This document shows positions 20,540-30,056 of a stretch of 64,000 nucleotides of DNA, one piece after another (within the stretch, counting starts at the first letter, position 1; every line of letters starts with the position of its first letter). Under the pieces are notes generated by a model, which worked only from the letters and a program-made list of their open reading frames with translations, had not been told where the DNA came from and ran no database searches. Source of the DNA: a virus; the IMG/VR virus record IMGVR_UViG_3300000651_000003, positions 33,309 through 97,308 of that record. One strand, written 5' to 3'. Position numbers and translations under genes: made by a program.

Positions 20540-21292
20540 GCGCTTTCTGACGATCGAACGATCACCAAGGTGTTTAAGTATGTTCCACAATGGGGCGGGG
20601 GCAGAAAGAACTGAGATTAGCTCAACAGGATACGGTGCTTGGCGAGTGACTCTTCCCGTGAATCGTTCGGTCTTCTGAGAGCGTACAGCCGGATAAAGCC
20701 GCTCCCGGCCTAATCTATAGAAAGGACTCACTGATGGTTAGGTCAGTGATTGATTGAGAGGCCGACATCACAGGGATTGTTAGGCGAAAAAGGATGAAGA
20801 AGAGAGCGAAGTATGACAGCCAAAGCCTGCCCCGGTGGGAAAGGGCGTAACGACCTTGATGGCCTTGTCGGGGCAGGAAATTAAAATCGATGCTTTGTGG
20901 TGATTGAATTTGGCAATGACCAGAGAGCAGCCAACTCTCAAAGAATCAGGTACGCGAGCACGGCCTGATGCTTCGCTTGAGTGAGGTGAGCGAAGGTGAT
21001 CTTTTACAACTCAGCGTTGTGCTGAGTTCTAAGTGGTTATAATTTACCACGATTTGGCGTGTCCGGGTGTTGCAACACTCGGCCTATTTCAAGCCGGGGC
21101 AAAAGAAGATGCTGCTTTAGGGACTCCACATCGCTGTCTAATGCTATCGGTAAAGAACTGGGTATGTGTTTTGATTGAGGGCGACTGAGTCTTTATCGGT
21201 AAGCATTCGTTTTTAGTTGAAAGACTAAAAATTGTCTTAAGCGTAGTTGGGAGCGGTAGGTGGAGAATGAAGCATTTTGCCGCTCTCAACTT
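20540..21292 (+). ncRNA. large structured non-coding RNA candidate (GOLLD/ROOL-like size and context)
   Basis: ~750 nt with no credible ORF in a gene-dense region; more than 12 helices with G-U pairs on + strand, e.g. GATCGAACGAT/ATCGTTCGGTC, CCTGCCCCGG/TCGGGGCAGG, CTTCGCT/AGCGAAG, AACTCAGC/GCTGAGTT, ATCGGTAAAGA/TCTTTATCGGT, TTTTTAGT-TGAAAG-ACTAAAAA, AGTTGGGAGCGG/CCGCTCTCAACT. Confidence 0.7.
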
Positions 21293-21309
21293 CAAAAAAA
21301 AAGGAGTTT

Positions 21310-21759
21310 ATGAAAACACCACTGATTATAGTTGCAGTAGTGATAATGATTCTCGCGACGTTAGCGGGAATTTCTCTTGCTCGTAAACGAGCTTCACTGC
21401 TACATATTCCAAGATTCGCGATCACATATACTAAGGAAAACGGACTCAGCGCGATGTCGCCAATGCCGTGGTCAGACCCTGAAGAGTTAGTAATTGATGT
21501 GAATTTCGTTGACTACAAGCCTCACTGGATTGCATTTGAGTTTGCAGGTGATGAGCTGCGGGAAACGTTAGTTCAAGCATATGACAAAACTGGATCTTTG
21601 ATAGAAACTCAACAAATCACCAAGCTAGACAAGGATAGGCGACTGACTGCACAACAAACAGGCTACAGGCAGTACCGGTTCACTCGCCTAAGCGGCCCCG
21701 ACGTTCGCATTACAGGAATCTTTTTTGATTCAGTACCACCAGAACAAAGACGAAGGTAA
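21310..21759 (+). CDS. N-terminally membrane-anchored hypothetical protein
   Basis: AAGGAG RBS before ATG 21310; hydrophobic N-terminal helix. Confidence 0.65.
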   Translation: MKTPLIIVAVVIMILATLAGISLARKRASLLHIPRFAITYTKENGLSAMSPMPWSDPEELVIDVNFVDYKPHWIAFEFAGDELRETLVQAYDKTGSLIETQQITKLDKDRRLTAQQTGYRQYRFTRLSGPDVRITGIFFDSVPPEQRRR

Positions 21760-21766
21760 AAACTAA

Positions 21767-23332
21767 TTGAGACGCAAGATCGCATTAGTAGTCGGGTTTG
21801 TTTTGTTGTTTGCGGCCCTGCTTGATGGTTGTAGGAAAAAGGTAATCCCTCCCTCAGAGCCAAGCCCGACACCAGCCCCAGAGAGTTCTCCATCTCCCTC
21901 TCCTTCTGAAACTCCGTTTATCGAACATGAAGTGATTGGCCCAGTGCCAAGCGTGAAGCAGAAAGTGCAGCGTTCATCGGCCGCAGCTGCGACACCAAGC
22001 GCAAGTCCCTGCACACCAGCACCGCCAAAAGATCCGAATGCGAGCTATACGATTAGGGCAGGAGTAGTACAGCAGTGGGCAAACTGCTCTATTGTTATCT
22101 TGTTCGATGGTGATAGCACTGCAACGACATTAGGATTAGCTATGTCAGGGCAAGACACAACGCCAAGCATCGGGCAACATGCAACACTCTACTACTATCA
22201 AAACAATGTTTATCTGGCAGCGTTTCCGTCGGCTCCGTTTGTAGGTCCATCTCCTACTCCCACGCCTCCCTCGCGAGCGGTGCAAGGAGTCGTAAGAGTA
22301 GCCGGTGCACCGTTCCAAGGACCAATGATTATCAATCGGCAGGGCAGCACGGTAGCTCAAATCACAGGTACAGCAGCAGATGGTACATTTTCATTCTCAA
22401 GTTCGGTTATCGGCTCAACGCTTGAAGCCAGCTATGGCGCATATCTTTTTAATACAGTTGTTGTAGATAGTTCGTCGCCTGCGTTTGTTCTGAACGGAAT
22501 GCCGCCCCCTACGCCGACTCCTACACCGATCCCCAGCCCCACTGCAACACCTACACCGACGCCAACCCCCGGGCCGTCTCCAACGCCTACTCCGACACCG
22601 GTGCCGGGTTTATACTTGTCAGGTGGCACTTTCTATTCGGGTGGCGGTCAATTCAACTACACTTACATTCAAGTACTCGACGCGAACCGAGTTGAGTTGT
22701 GGCGTTATCAAGAACAGGATTCAACTTATCTATACCCGTTGACGGCTAATGGCAACTACATAGTCAGGCCGATGATCGAGATTTGGAACGGGGAATACAA
22801 CGCCCAGCCGACTGAATATCAAGTCAGCGTATGTGGTCAGCCGGTGAGTAATTTGAACTTTACGATTGGACCGTCAAGCAACTACCCGCTTGGTAGCCCA
22901 ATAGTGGTGCCGTGCGCTAGCCCATCTCCTACACCAACACCTAGCCCAACGCCATCGCCAACTCCTTTGCCTACTCCTACACCAACACCGACCCCGACAC
23001 CCACGCCGGTGCCTACTCCTAATCCAACGCCTAGCCCATCTCCAAGTCCTATTCGAGATGTAATACCGCCAACTATTTCGATAACGTCCCCGGGGAAAAC
23101 AGTGACGAGAAAAACCGACGTAGTATTTTCAGTAAACGCGAGTGACAATGTAGGAGTGACGTCTGTTGGATTCTTTGTAAATGGAACGCCAATAGGTTGG
23201 GTATATACAGCCCCTTATCAAGTTACATGGCATGTTCCGCCGCCAGCCAATACGAATTACACCTTAACTGCGGTGGCCCGAGATGCTGCCGGCAATGCCA
23301 CTACGACTACTTTAACGGTCACAGCAAGATGA
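21767..23332 (+). CDS. putative lipoprotein with Pro/Thr linkers and C-terminal Ig-like (Big) domain
   Basis: MRRK + hydrophobic stretch + LLDGC lipobox-like site; (PT)n linkers; D..PPT.SITSP...ASDNVGV..V.F.VNG...LTA.ARDAAGN. Confidence 0.75.
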   Translation: MRRKIALVVGFVLLFAALLDGCRKKVIPPSEPSPTPAPESSPSPSPSETPFIEHEVIGPVPSVKQKVQRSSAAAATPSASPCTPAPPKDPNASYTIRAGVVQQWANCSIVILFDGDSTATTLGLAMSGQDTTPSIGQHATLYYYQNNVYLAAFPSAPFVGPSPTPTPPSRAVQGVVRVAGAPFQGPMIINRQGSTVAQITGTAADGTFSFSSSVIGSTLEASYGAYLFNTVVVDSSSPAFVLNGMPPPTPTPTPIPSPTATPTPTPTPGPSPTPTPTPVPGLYLSGGTFYSGGGQFNYTYIQVLDANRVELWRYQEQDSTYLYPLTANGNYIVRPMIEIWNGEYNAQPTEYQVSVCGQPVSNLNFTIGPSSNYPLGSPIVVPCASPSPTPTPSPTPSPTPLPTPTPTPTPTPTPVPTPNPTPSPSPSPIRDVIPPTISITSPGKTVTRKTDVVFSVNASDNVGVTSVGFFVNGTPIGWVYTAPYQVTWHVPPPANTNYTLTAVARDAAGNATTTTLTVTAR

Positions 23333-23385
23333 AAGAAGTGCAAATAGAGATGGCACTTAAGTAAAGATATAATCCCTGTTGTAAA

Positions 23386-23634
23386 ATGGCGGAAGACCAA
23401 ACAGTTCAAATCAACCCGGCTGGCAGCGGTCAGCTTATTCGCACTCTGCAAGTGCAGACAGTGGGCGTGGGTAGTACTGGTCAGCAAACCACCCAGAGCG
23501 TACTCATGCAGGTAGTTTCAATAGCAGACGAGAACGGAATACCGATAAATCTCGACGCAATAAACCTGAATGAGAAAATATTAGAAACTCTTGAAGACAT
23601 TCGTACGCTTCTGGGAGCAATAGTGTCGAAGTAG
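23386..23634 (+). CDS. hypothetical protein
   Basis: ORF track; C-terminal amphipathic helix. Confidence 0.5.
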   Translation: MAEDQTVQINPAGSGQLIRTLQVQTVGVGSTGQQTTQSVLMQVVSIADENGIPINLDAINLNEKILETLEDIRTLLGAIVSK

Positions 23635-23649
23635 AAGGAGAACATCTCA

Positions 23650-24447
23650 ATGAGCCTTGAAACAATCATGCAAGGAATTGTCAGTAGATTCTTGCCACAA
23701 CCTCAGGCGGACAACCAAGATGACATTCTTCGTCTATCTCGGTACAAAGACGCCTACATACTTCCGGTTGTTCGGAAGAATCACGCCCTTGCGGATGAAG
23801 GCTCCTACTTTGTAACTAACAATGCTCAGACTGCGATCGCTGGAGATACATCAGTAGCGTTCACCGCCACCAAGCCTACCATCTGGATTTTCAACTCGGA
23901 CTCCCCGGGCAACCAGTCAGCCAAAAGAATTCACCTTGACTACATTTACTTGTTGTCAGGAGGCACTGCATATTCGAATGCCACCTCGAATACCGGGTTC
24001 TTCTGTGCAGTAGTGATTGATAATCCATCAGCTGCAACGACAGGTGGTTCCGATTTAACTCCTAACATAGTTTGTCCAAACATTGATGTCAGCAAAAAGG
24101 CTTCGATTGCTACTGTAAGGTATGGCGCCCTGACCGCTCCTGCTGCAACCCAGAACGCTAGAACGATTGTTGGTCAGAGATTGCTGCGCGCGCCAGTTTC
24201 AGGTACTGCAATCACATTGGCCAACGTCGACCAGTTCATGTTGAACTTCGGGGGCGTGGAACCCAATCTTGCGCTTCCTAATGCAGCATCAGCGACCGTG
24301 GAAGCTAACGCAGTTGGCCGCATGTTGCATCTGCCCCCAGTTGTGATAGGCCCCGGCCAGTCGGCATTTATTTACCTATTCATGGTAGCAAACAGCGCTG
24401 GGGTTGGTGGAACGATGTACCCTGAAATCGCATGGTGGGAGAGATAA
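23650..24447 (+). CDS. hypothetical (probably structural) protein, paralog A
   Basis: Colinear similarity to 24452..25276 (LADEGSYFVTNN, CPNIDV, PEIxWWER). Confidence 0.7.
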   Translation: MSLETIMQGIVSRFLPQPQADNQDDILRLSRYKDAYILPVVRKNHALADEGSYFVTNNAQTAIAGDTSVAFTATKPTIWIFNSDSPGNQSAKRIHLDYIYLLSGGTAYSNATSNTGFFCAVVIDNPSAATTGGSDLTPNIVCPNIDVSKKASIATVRYGALTAPAATQNARTIVGQRLLRAPVSGTAITLANVDQFMLNFGGVEPNLALPNAASATVEANAVGRMLHLPPVVIGPGQSAFIYLFMVANSAGVGGTMYPEIAWWER

Positions 24448-24451
24448 CAAA

Positions 24452-25276
24452 ATGGAGCTTCTACAACAAGCGAAGGGGCTAGTCAGCAGAGTACTGCCAC
24501 AGGCCCAAGCCGACAACCAAGTAGATACTATACGCCTCTCTCGGTTTCAAGAGGTGTACGGGATCCCGATCGTTCGCAAGCAGCACGTACTCGCTGATGA
24601 AGGCTCGTACTTCGTGACGAACAACGGGCAGGCCGCGATCACAGCTCAGGTCTTACAGCAGAATGCCACCTCCATCGACCCTACCAAACCAACGCTGGCG
24701 ATTTTCAACTCTGACTCCGACGGCAATGCTGCTGCGAAGAGAATTTTTCTTGATTATGTGCACCTGCTTGCTGGTGGTACTGCATACTCGGTCGGCGCTG
24801 CGGCAGTTCAGGTGGCAATGCTGTTGACCATTATCATTGATGCTCAAGGCGGAGCCTCTGGAGGAACAGACTTAACTCCTAACATAATCTGCCCGAACAT
24901 TGACGTAGGGAAAAAGTCATCTCAGGCAGTAGTAAGATTCGGAGCCTTGACTGCACCCGCTCTGTCAGCAAATAGTCGTCAAGTGGTAGGAGCTCGGTTA
25001 TTCCGCATGTGCCTGAGTCAGGGAGCTAGCGCGAACCTGTCTGTCGCTAACCTTGACTTCTGGCATATGAACTTCGGTGGTGTTGAACCGAACATGGCTC
25101 TTCCCAATCCCGGTTCACCCACTATCGCAACTAGCATGTGGGGTTCGAATATGTGTCTGCCCCCAGTAATTCTTGGCCCCGGAGACTCGATGTGGATGTA
25201 CATAAGTGTGAATGCATCTGCCGGCACCGTAGTAGCTGGAAACTTGATCCCAGAAATTGGTTGGTGGGAACGGTAA
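24452..25276 (+). CDS. hypothetical (probably structural) protein, paralog B
   Basis: ATG 24452 aligns with start of paralog A; same motifs. Confidence 0.7.
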   Translation: MELLQQAKGLVSRVLPQAQADNQVDTIRLSRFQEVYGIPIVRKQHVLADEGSYFVTNNGQAAITAQVLQQNATSIDPTKPTLAIFNSDSDGNAAAKRIFLDYVHLLAGGTAYSVGAAAVQVAMLLTIIIDAQGGASGGTDLTPNIICPNIDVGKKSSQAVVRFGALTAPALSANSRQVVGARLFRMCLSQGASANLSVANLDFWHMNFGGVEPNMALPNPGSPTIATSMWGSNMCLPPVILGPGDSMWMYISVNASAGTVVAGNLIPEIGWWER

Positions 25277-25301
25277 GGACCGCTAACATTCTTTCTTGAA
25301 C

Positions 25302-25332
25302 AGGGTCGGGTCGTGTTTCGGCCCGACCTTTT
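25302..25332 (+). terminator. intrinsic terminator
   Basis: GGTCGGGTCG / CGGCCCGACC stem followed by TTTT. Confidence 0.6.
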
Positions 25333-25338
25333 AATTAA

Positions 25339-28300
25339 ATGGCTCTCTTAGATTTTGTACAATTTCACACCAATCGAGACACTACGGGATCGAACGTAAA
25401 CACGTTCTCCAGTGCCGTAACGAACGGCAGTGTGATTGTCGTCGATATACTATTTGAGACCTATTATGACGATGTTACCAGCCTCACTGACAACAAAGGT
25501 AACACCTACATCAGGGCAAGTCACCAACAGAATGGCAGTGTTTGTGCGCTTGCCACATATTATTGTTTGAACGCTGTTGGCGGTTCCTCATTCGCGATCA
25601 CGCTTGCTAATAATCTAGGGAGCGCCTTTCCGACGGTTACCACTATCCATGAATATCTAGGCGATGCGAGCGTCAAGTTTCTAGCAGATTTCTGTGCGGC
25701 CGGCGGCGCGGGAGTCGGCGTTCAACTAAATAACGCATCTCCGGCGATAGTTCATGGTTTTGGTCAGAGTGCTACTGCACAGCCAGGAGCCGGTTCGGGA
25801 TTTACTATTCGTGAACAGTTTCATTCCGTTCAATACCATTCAACTGAAGACCAAGCTGTAAGCGGTAGTCAAACCTCTGTGACTTTTACCAGTGGAGGCT
25901 ACGATACGGCTGTAGGTGTGTCGTTTGGCGTGGGGCCGAAAATTTCCACGTTATACATCGATCCGGGCGGCGACGCTGATAACTTTTTCAGTGCTGTCAA
26001 CAACGGCGCGGACATTGCGCAGGACACTTCTGTCAAAGTGCAAGGGATAGGGTCGTACCGTTTTGATTCCACAGCTGGGAACGTAGCTGCAAATGCTGCT
26101 TGTTACAACGTTCCCGCCCCTATGGGACTCGCGTGGGATTATCGCTTGAACTTTTGGTTTCGATATGACTCCCAACCTACAGGCAGAACTACGATTCTGC
26201 TTGTCTCAAGCCTTGGCGGAGGTCGGCAGTTCGAACTAGTGGTTAATCCTAGCGGGGCTGGCGTGACCGTCGGGTTAGACGGCGCTAGCCATGTCACGAC
26301 CAGTGACGGAGCCACAGTGCTCTCCGTTAATACGTGGTATCGCATCAGCGTTGCCGTGGTCGTGCATTCAATTAACAACCAAGAAACCTATCTATTCATC
26401 AACGGGACTCAGGAGCTTCATGTCACTTCCATCTACACTGGAGATAGAGTCCCGAGCTACTTCTTTTTTGGCTGGGCAGAAACTCCGGGCGCAAGCAAGA
26501 AGTGTTGGTTTGATCAGCTCTACGTTGATGATGGCGGATATCAATTCACCGACGTTGGAGATGTTCGCAGCACAGCTAAACTCCCGACCGCCGTCAACGC
26601 AAATAACTTCGACACGGTTATCGGCACGGGTGCAGTCAACGAGCGACCTGCCAACGCTAGCAATGGAATGCAACAGGCCGGGAGTTCACAGGTATCTCAA
26701 AATTACAATCTGGAAACGATAGGCTCCGGCGATATTGATATCTCGAATCATCAAATCTACGGATACATGGGATGGGCGGCTGCAAATAGAGCGGCTGCTA
26801 CAGGAACGCCAAAATTTACAGTCAATGGGATCGATTACTCGACAGCGTTACCTGCTGTCGCAGATCCCAGTTGGGGTATTACCCAACCAGTTAGCAGCGC
26901 GAGTTATCCGACAGCGGCCGCCGCTATCGGTTTAGTCAGCACCGGAACAACCGACGATACGATCCTATATGAATGCGGAATCGTGATCGCCTACAACCCG
27001 GTAGCAACCCCTTCACCAATTCGGCGCGGGGTTTTTGGCGGTCTGCTACTTGCGCTCTCTTCTCTGTTGGTTCCGGGGTCATGGGTTAATGCAGCAACTC
27101 GGTTCAAGATATATGGCACCACATGGGCTTCTGCTGCTACAAGGTTTATCGTACAGGTAATAGGATTCAAAGACGCTGCTACCAGATTCAAACTATTTGG
27201 TATCACGTTCAGAGATGCAAATACTCGTTTTATTCTGTGGGTCCGAAACTATGTAGATGCTGCAACCAGATTCATTCTACAAGTCCGTGGCTACAAAGAC
27301 GCATCCACTAGGTTCAAGATGTATGGCATTACTTGGGCCAACGCTGCCACGCGGTTTGTGTTGAACGTACGCAGCTACAAGGATGCTGCTACTAGGTTTA
27401 AACTATGGGTACAAGGATACAGGGATGCAAGTACGAGATTTATTCTCCAAGTCCGCAACTATGCAGACGCCAGCACTAGATTTGTTTTAACATCGGCTAA
27501 CACAACATGGAAAAATGCAAACACTAGATTTATCCTCTGGGTCAGGGGGTTCAGAGACGCCAATACCAGATTCAAGGTGGTGGTGCAGGCATACCGAGAT
27601 GCAGCTACTCGATTTAAATTGACCGTACAATCTTTCAAGGATGCAGCGACTCGGTTCAAGTTGATCGTGCAAGCTTACCGCGACGCGTCAACGCGTTTTA
27701 TCCTGACCGTCAGGGCTTACAAGGATGCAGCGACTCGTTTTGTGCTGACGTCAAGAAGCTACAAAGATGCTAATACTCGTCTCAAACTATATGGCATCAC
27801 ATACAGAGATGCAGCCGCAAGGTTTGTTCTAATTGTGCAAGGCACATCTTTCAAAGATGCTGCAACTAGGTTTAAGCTAAGCGGTATCACATGGAAGAAT
27901 GCTTCTACGCGCTTTAAAGTCACTGTACTTACATTCAGGGACGCTGGCTCCAGATTCATCGTAATTGCAAGAGCATTCAGAGACGCGAGCTCTAGATTCA
28001 AAGTAACGGTGCAAGCTTACCGAGATGCGTCAAGCAGGTTCAAAGTTACTGTCAGAGCATACCGAGATGCTGGTACAAGGTTCATCACAATCGCAAGAAA
28101 CTTTGCTGATGGCAAAACAAGGTTTAAGGTTTCTGTGCGGAGCTTTAGAGATGGTTCTACAAGATTTAAAGTAGCCACTTTACTACAGTACCGCAATTCG
28201 TTCACTCGGTTCATCTCAGTGGGTGGCAACAGCAGAAATGTGAATTGCAGGTTTGCTCTTATTACAGTTCCACCCGGGTATAGAAAAGCAGTGGTGGACC

Positions 28301-28374
28301 CAGAGTATAGAATAACAACTGTACCACCACAGTTGCGTTTCCCGATCGTAGATAAGGAGGGCCGACCATCGTGA
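25339..28374 (+). CDS. fibre protein: lectin/LamG-like domains plus C-terminal 14-aa beta repeats
   Basis: NTWYRI...LFING...FDQLYVD LamG-like motif; ~28 copies of x[FYW]xDAxTRFx[LV]xx. Confidence 0.7.
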   Translation: MALLDFVQFHTNRDTTGSNVNTFSSAVTNGSVIVVDILFETYYDDVTSLTDNKGNTYIRASHQQNGSVCALATYYCLNAVGGSSFAITLANNLGSAFPTVTTIHEYLGDASVKFLADFCAAGGAGVGVQLNNASPAIVHGFGQSATAQPGAGSGFTIREQFHSVQYHSTEDQAVSGSQTSVTFTSGGYDTAVGVSFGVGPKISTLYIDPGGDADNFFSAVNNGADIAQDTSVKVQGIGSYRFDSTAGNVAANAACYNVPAPMGLAWDYRLNFWFRYDSQPTGRTTILLVSSLGGGRQFELVVNPSGAGVTVGLDGASHVTTSDGATVLSVNTWYRISVAVVVHSINNQETYLFINGTQELHVTSIYTGDRVPSYFFFGWAETPGASKKCWFDQLYVDDGGYQFTDVGDVRSTAKLPTAVNANNFDTVIGTGAVNERPANASNGMQQAGSSQVSQNYNLETIGSGDIDISNHQIYGYMGWAAANRAAATGTPKFTVNGIDYSTALPAVADPSWGITQPVSSASYPTAAAAIGLVSTGTTDDTILYECGIVIAYNPVATPSPIRRGVFGGLLLALSSLLVPGSWVNAATRFKIYGTTWASAATRFIVQVIGFKDAATRFKLFGITFRDANTRFILWVRNYVDAATRFILQVRGYKDASTRFKMYGITWANAATRFVLNVRSYKDAATRFKLWVQGYRDASTRFILQVRNYADASTRFVLTSANTTWKNANTRFILWVRGFRDANTRFKVVVQAYRDAATRFKLTVQSFKDAATRFKLIVQAYRDASTRFILTVRAYKDAATRFVLTSRSYKDANTRLKLYGITYRDAAARFVLIVQGTSFKDAATRFKLSGITWKNASTRFKVTVLTFRDAGSRFIVIARAFRDASSRFKVTVQAYRDASSRFKVTVRAYRDAGTRFITIARNFADGKTRFKVSVRSFRDGSTRFKVATLLQYRNSFTRFISVGGNSRNVNCRFALITVPPGYRKAVVDPEYRITTVPPQLRFPIVDKEGRPS
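27079..28265 (+). repeat. ~28 x 42-bp coding tandem repeat (14 aa)
   Basis: Units such as AYRDAATRFKLTVQ with synonymous divergence. Confidence 0.9.
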
Positions 28375-28655
28375 AGAGATATTTGAAAGACCCTGACTCA
28401 AGATTAGATTATGGTTATGATTGGACTCCTTGGCTCGAGGCTGGGGACAGCATTCTCACATCCACTTGGGTTTTGGATCCGGGCAACCCTGACACTGCTT
28501 TGATAATTGACTCGTTCAATTTTGCCGGTGCGCTGACTGTTGTCTATCTCAAAGCGGGGACCGTTGGTAAGCGGTATGTGGTGACTAATAGAATAACTAC
28601 GCTTAACGGTTTAATCGATGATAGATCAATACAGGTTGACGTGGTGCAGCGTTAG
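28371..28655 (+). CDS. phage fibre-tail adaptor protein
   Basis: KDPDSRLDYGYDWTPWL...VTNRITT..G..DDRS motif. Confidence 0.75.
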   Translation: MKRYLKDPDSRLDYGYDWTPWLEAGDSILTSTWVLDPGNPDTALIIDSFNFAGALTVVYLKAGTVGKRYVVTNRITTLNGLIDDRSIQVDVVQR

Positions 28656-30052
28656 TCGTCGTTTGCCAGATTATCAAACCGAGCGCAGGTGGGATCCCAT
28701 CTCAAGTAAACAGTGTCGGTGCGGCCGTTGCGGTGCTTCGCTACAATAATCTCAGCAATGTTGTCGTGCTCTTCATTCTTAGCCTTGTACATATCTCCTC
28801 GGTATACGAAAGCAACTAAATCCGCATCTTGCTCTATGGCACCAGACTCTCTCAAGTCAGACAGAATCGGCCGGTGGTCTGTCCTGTTTTCAGGAGCACG
28901 GCTGAGCTGAGACAATACTACCATCGGTACTTTGAGTTCTCGGGCGACTCCCTTGAGGTCGGCCGAGATTTGGGTAATCTCCTCGAGGCGGTTTTTGTAA
29001 CTCTTTGTACCCGCCATCAATTGCAAATAGTCCACAACAACCAGTCCAAGTTCTGACCCAGACCTCGACAGCTCGGAAGCCAGCCGCATAGCCCGGGCTT
29101 TTAGCTGGGTCACAGAGATGCGTGGTGTGTCATCGACTTGCAGCTTCTTGCCCACTAGCGTGTGAAATGCGGTCGTGAGCTTGTTCCATTCCTGCTGAGT
29201 GACATAGCCAGACTGATATTTCATGCTATCCATCCTTGACTCTGCGCAGAGCACTCGCATCGCGATTTGCTCCTCTGGCATCTCGAGGGAGAATAATGCA
29301 GTGGGGACTTGGGGATTCGAGTGAATGGCTGCATGCATCGCGATCAAAACCCCGAGGGCTGTTTTGCCACTGCTGGGCCTGCCGGCAACGATGATGAGAT
29401 CTCCGGGACGCAGACCAAGTGTCAATGCATTCAAATCTACGAAACCAGTATCTACACCTACCATTGCTTTGCCGGACTGCTGTATTTCATAGGTCTTAGT
29501 CAAGCTGGCTTCAGCAATCTCTTCGATTAACGAAAATGATTTCGTAGTGTGGTCTACTGAGATATCAAAAATCGCTTTTTGCGAATGCTCTAAAACACTT
29601 TCCGGGTCATCCTCATCTTCGTAGCACTCCGCAGTGATTTTCGCAGCAGCTTTGATTAGCTGTCGCTTGATGGACTTCCCTTTGATAATCTTCGCCAGTG
29701 GACTCAGGTTCGTGATGTGAAAGTGCCCATCAGTTAGTTTCGTCAGGGCCATTATCCCACCAGCCATTTGCAACGCGCCATCTTTCTTCAACTCCTCACC
29801 TACAGTAATGGGATTGATTTCTTCGTTGCGCTCAAAGAGACCCATCATAGCAGTAAAAATCTTTTTGCGAGAAGGTACATAATAGTCGTCTGGTCTCAGC
29901 AAGTCGATAGCCTGAGCCATCAGAGAATTGTCCAACATGATTGCTGCTAGAGAAGCAGTCTCAGAAGCTTCGCTGTTAGGTAGAGGGCGATCAAGGAATT
30001 CGTCTTGAGAAGTGGGGCCGTCGTTTGGGGAGCCTATTTGTTTTTCTGCCAT
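28652..30052 (-). CDS. dnaB: replicative DNA helicase DnaB
   Basis: LIIVAGRPSSGKT Walker A, FSLEM, VVDYLQLM, LSQLSR, DLRESGAIEQDAD, KHRNG. Confidence 0.97.
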   Translation of the reverse strand: MAEKQIGSPNDGPTSQDEFLDRPLPNSEASETASLAAIMLDNSLMAQAIDLLRPDDYYVPSRKKIFTAMMGLFERNEEINPITVGEELKKDGALQMAGGIMALTKLTDGHFHITNLSPLAKIIKGKSIKRQLIKAAAKITAECYEDEDDPESVLEHSQKAIFDISVDHTTKSFSLIEEIAEASLTKTYEIQQSGKAMVGVDTGFVDLNALTLGLRPGDLIIVAGRPSSGKTALGVLIAMHAAIHSNPQVPTALFSLEMPEEQIAMRVLCAESRMDSMKYQSGYVTQQEWNKLTTAFHTLVGKKLQVDDTPRISVTQLKARAMRLASELSRSGSELGLVVVDYLQLMAGTKSYKNRLEEITQISADLKGVARELKVPMVVLSQLSRAPENRTDHRPILSDLRESGAIEQDADLVAFVYRGDMYKAKNEEHDNIAEIIVAKHRNGRTDTVYLRWDPTCARFDNLANDD

Positions 30053-30056
30053 TGAT

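Noticed and set aside
20540-21292. Group I/II intron, tmRNA, RNase P or tRNA cluster
   Set aside because: No GUGCG start or domain V, no group I core, no tRNA-like ends or RNase P signature recognised; flanking genes are intact
20519-21295. Minus-strand ORFs 20519..20731 and 21089..21295 as genes
   Set aside because: Short, antisense to the operon, no RBS or motifs; region better explained as structured RNA
22500-23050. Antisense Gly-Val ORFs over PT repeats
   Set aside because: Shadow frames of the (Pro-Thr)n linkers
27079-28265. 42-bp periodic repeats as a CRISPR array
   Set aside because: No invariant repeat/unique spacer pattern; variation is synonymous within an open frame; no cas genes
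15005-28374. Diversity-generating retroelement acting on fibres
   Set aside because: No reverse transcriptase and no TR/VR pair with adenine-specific mismatches seen
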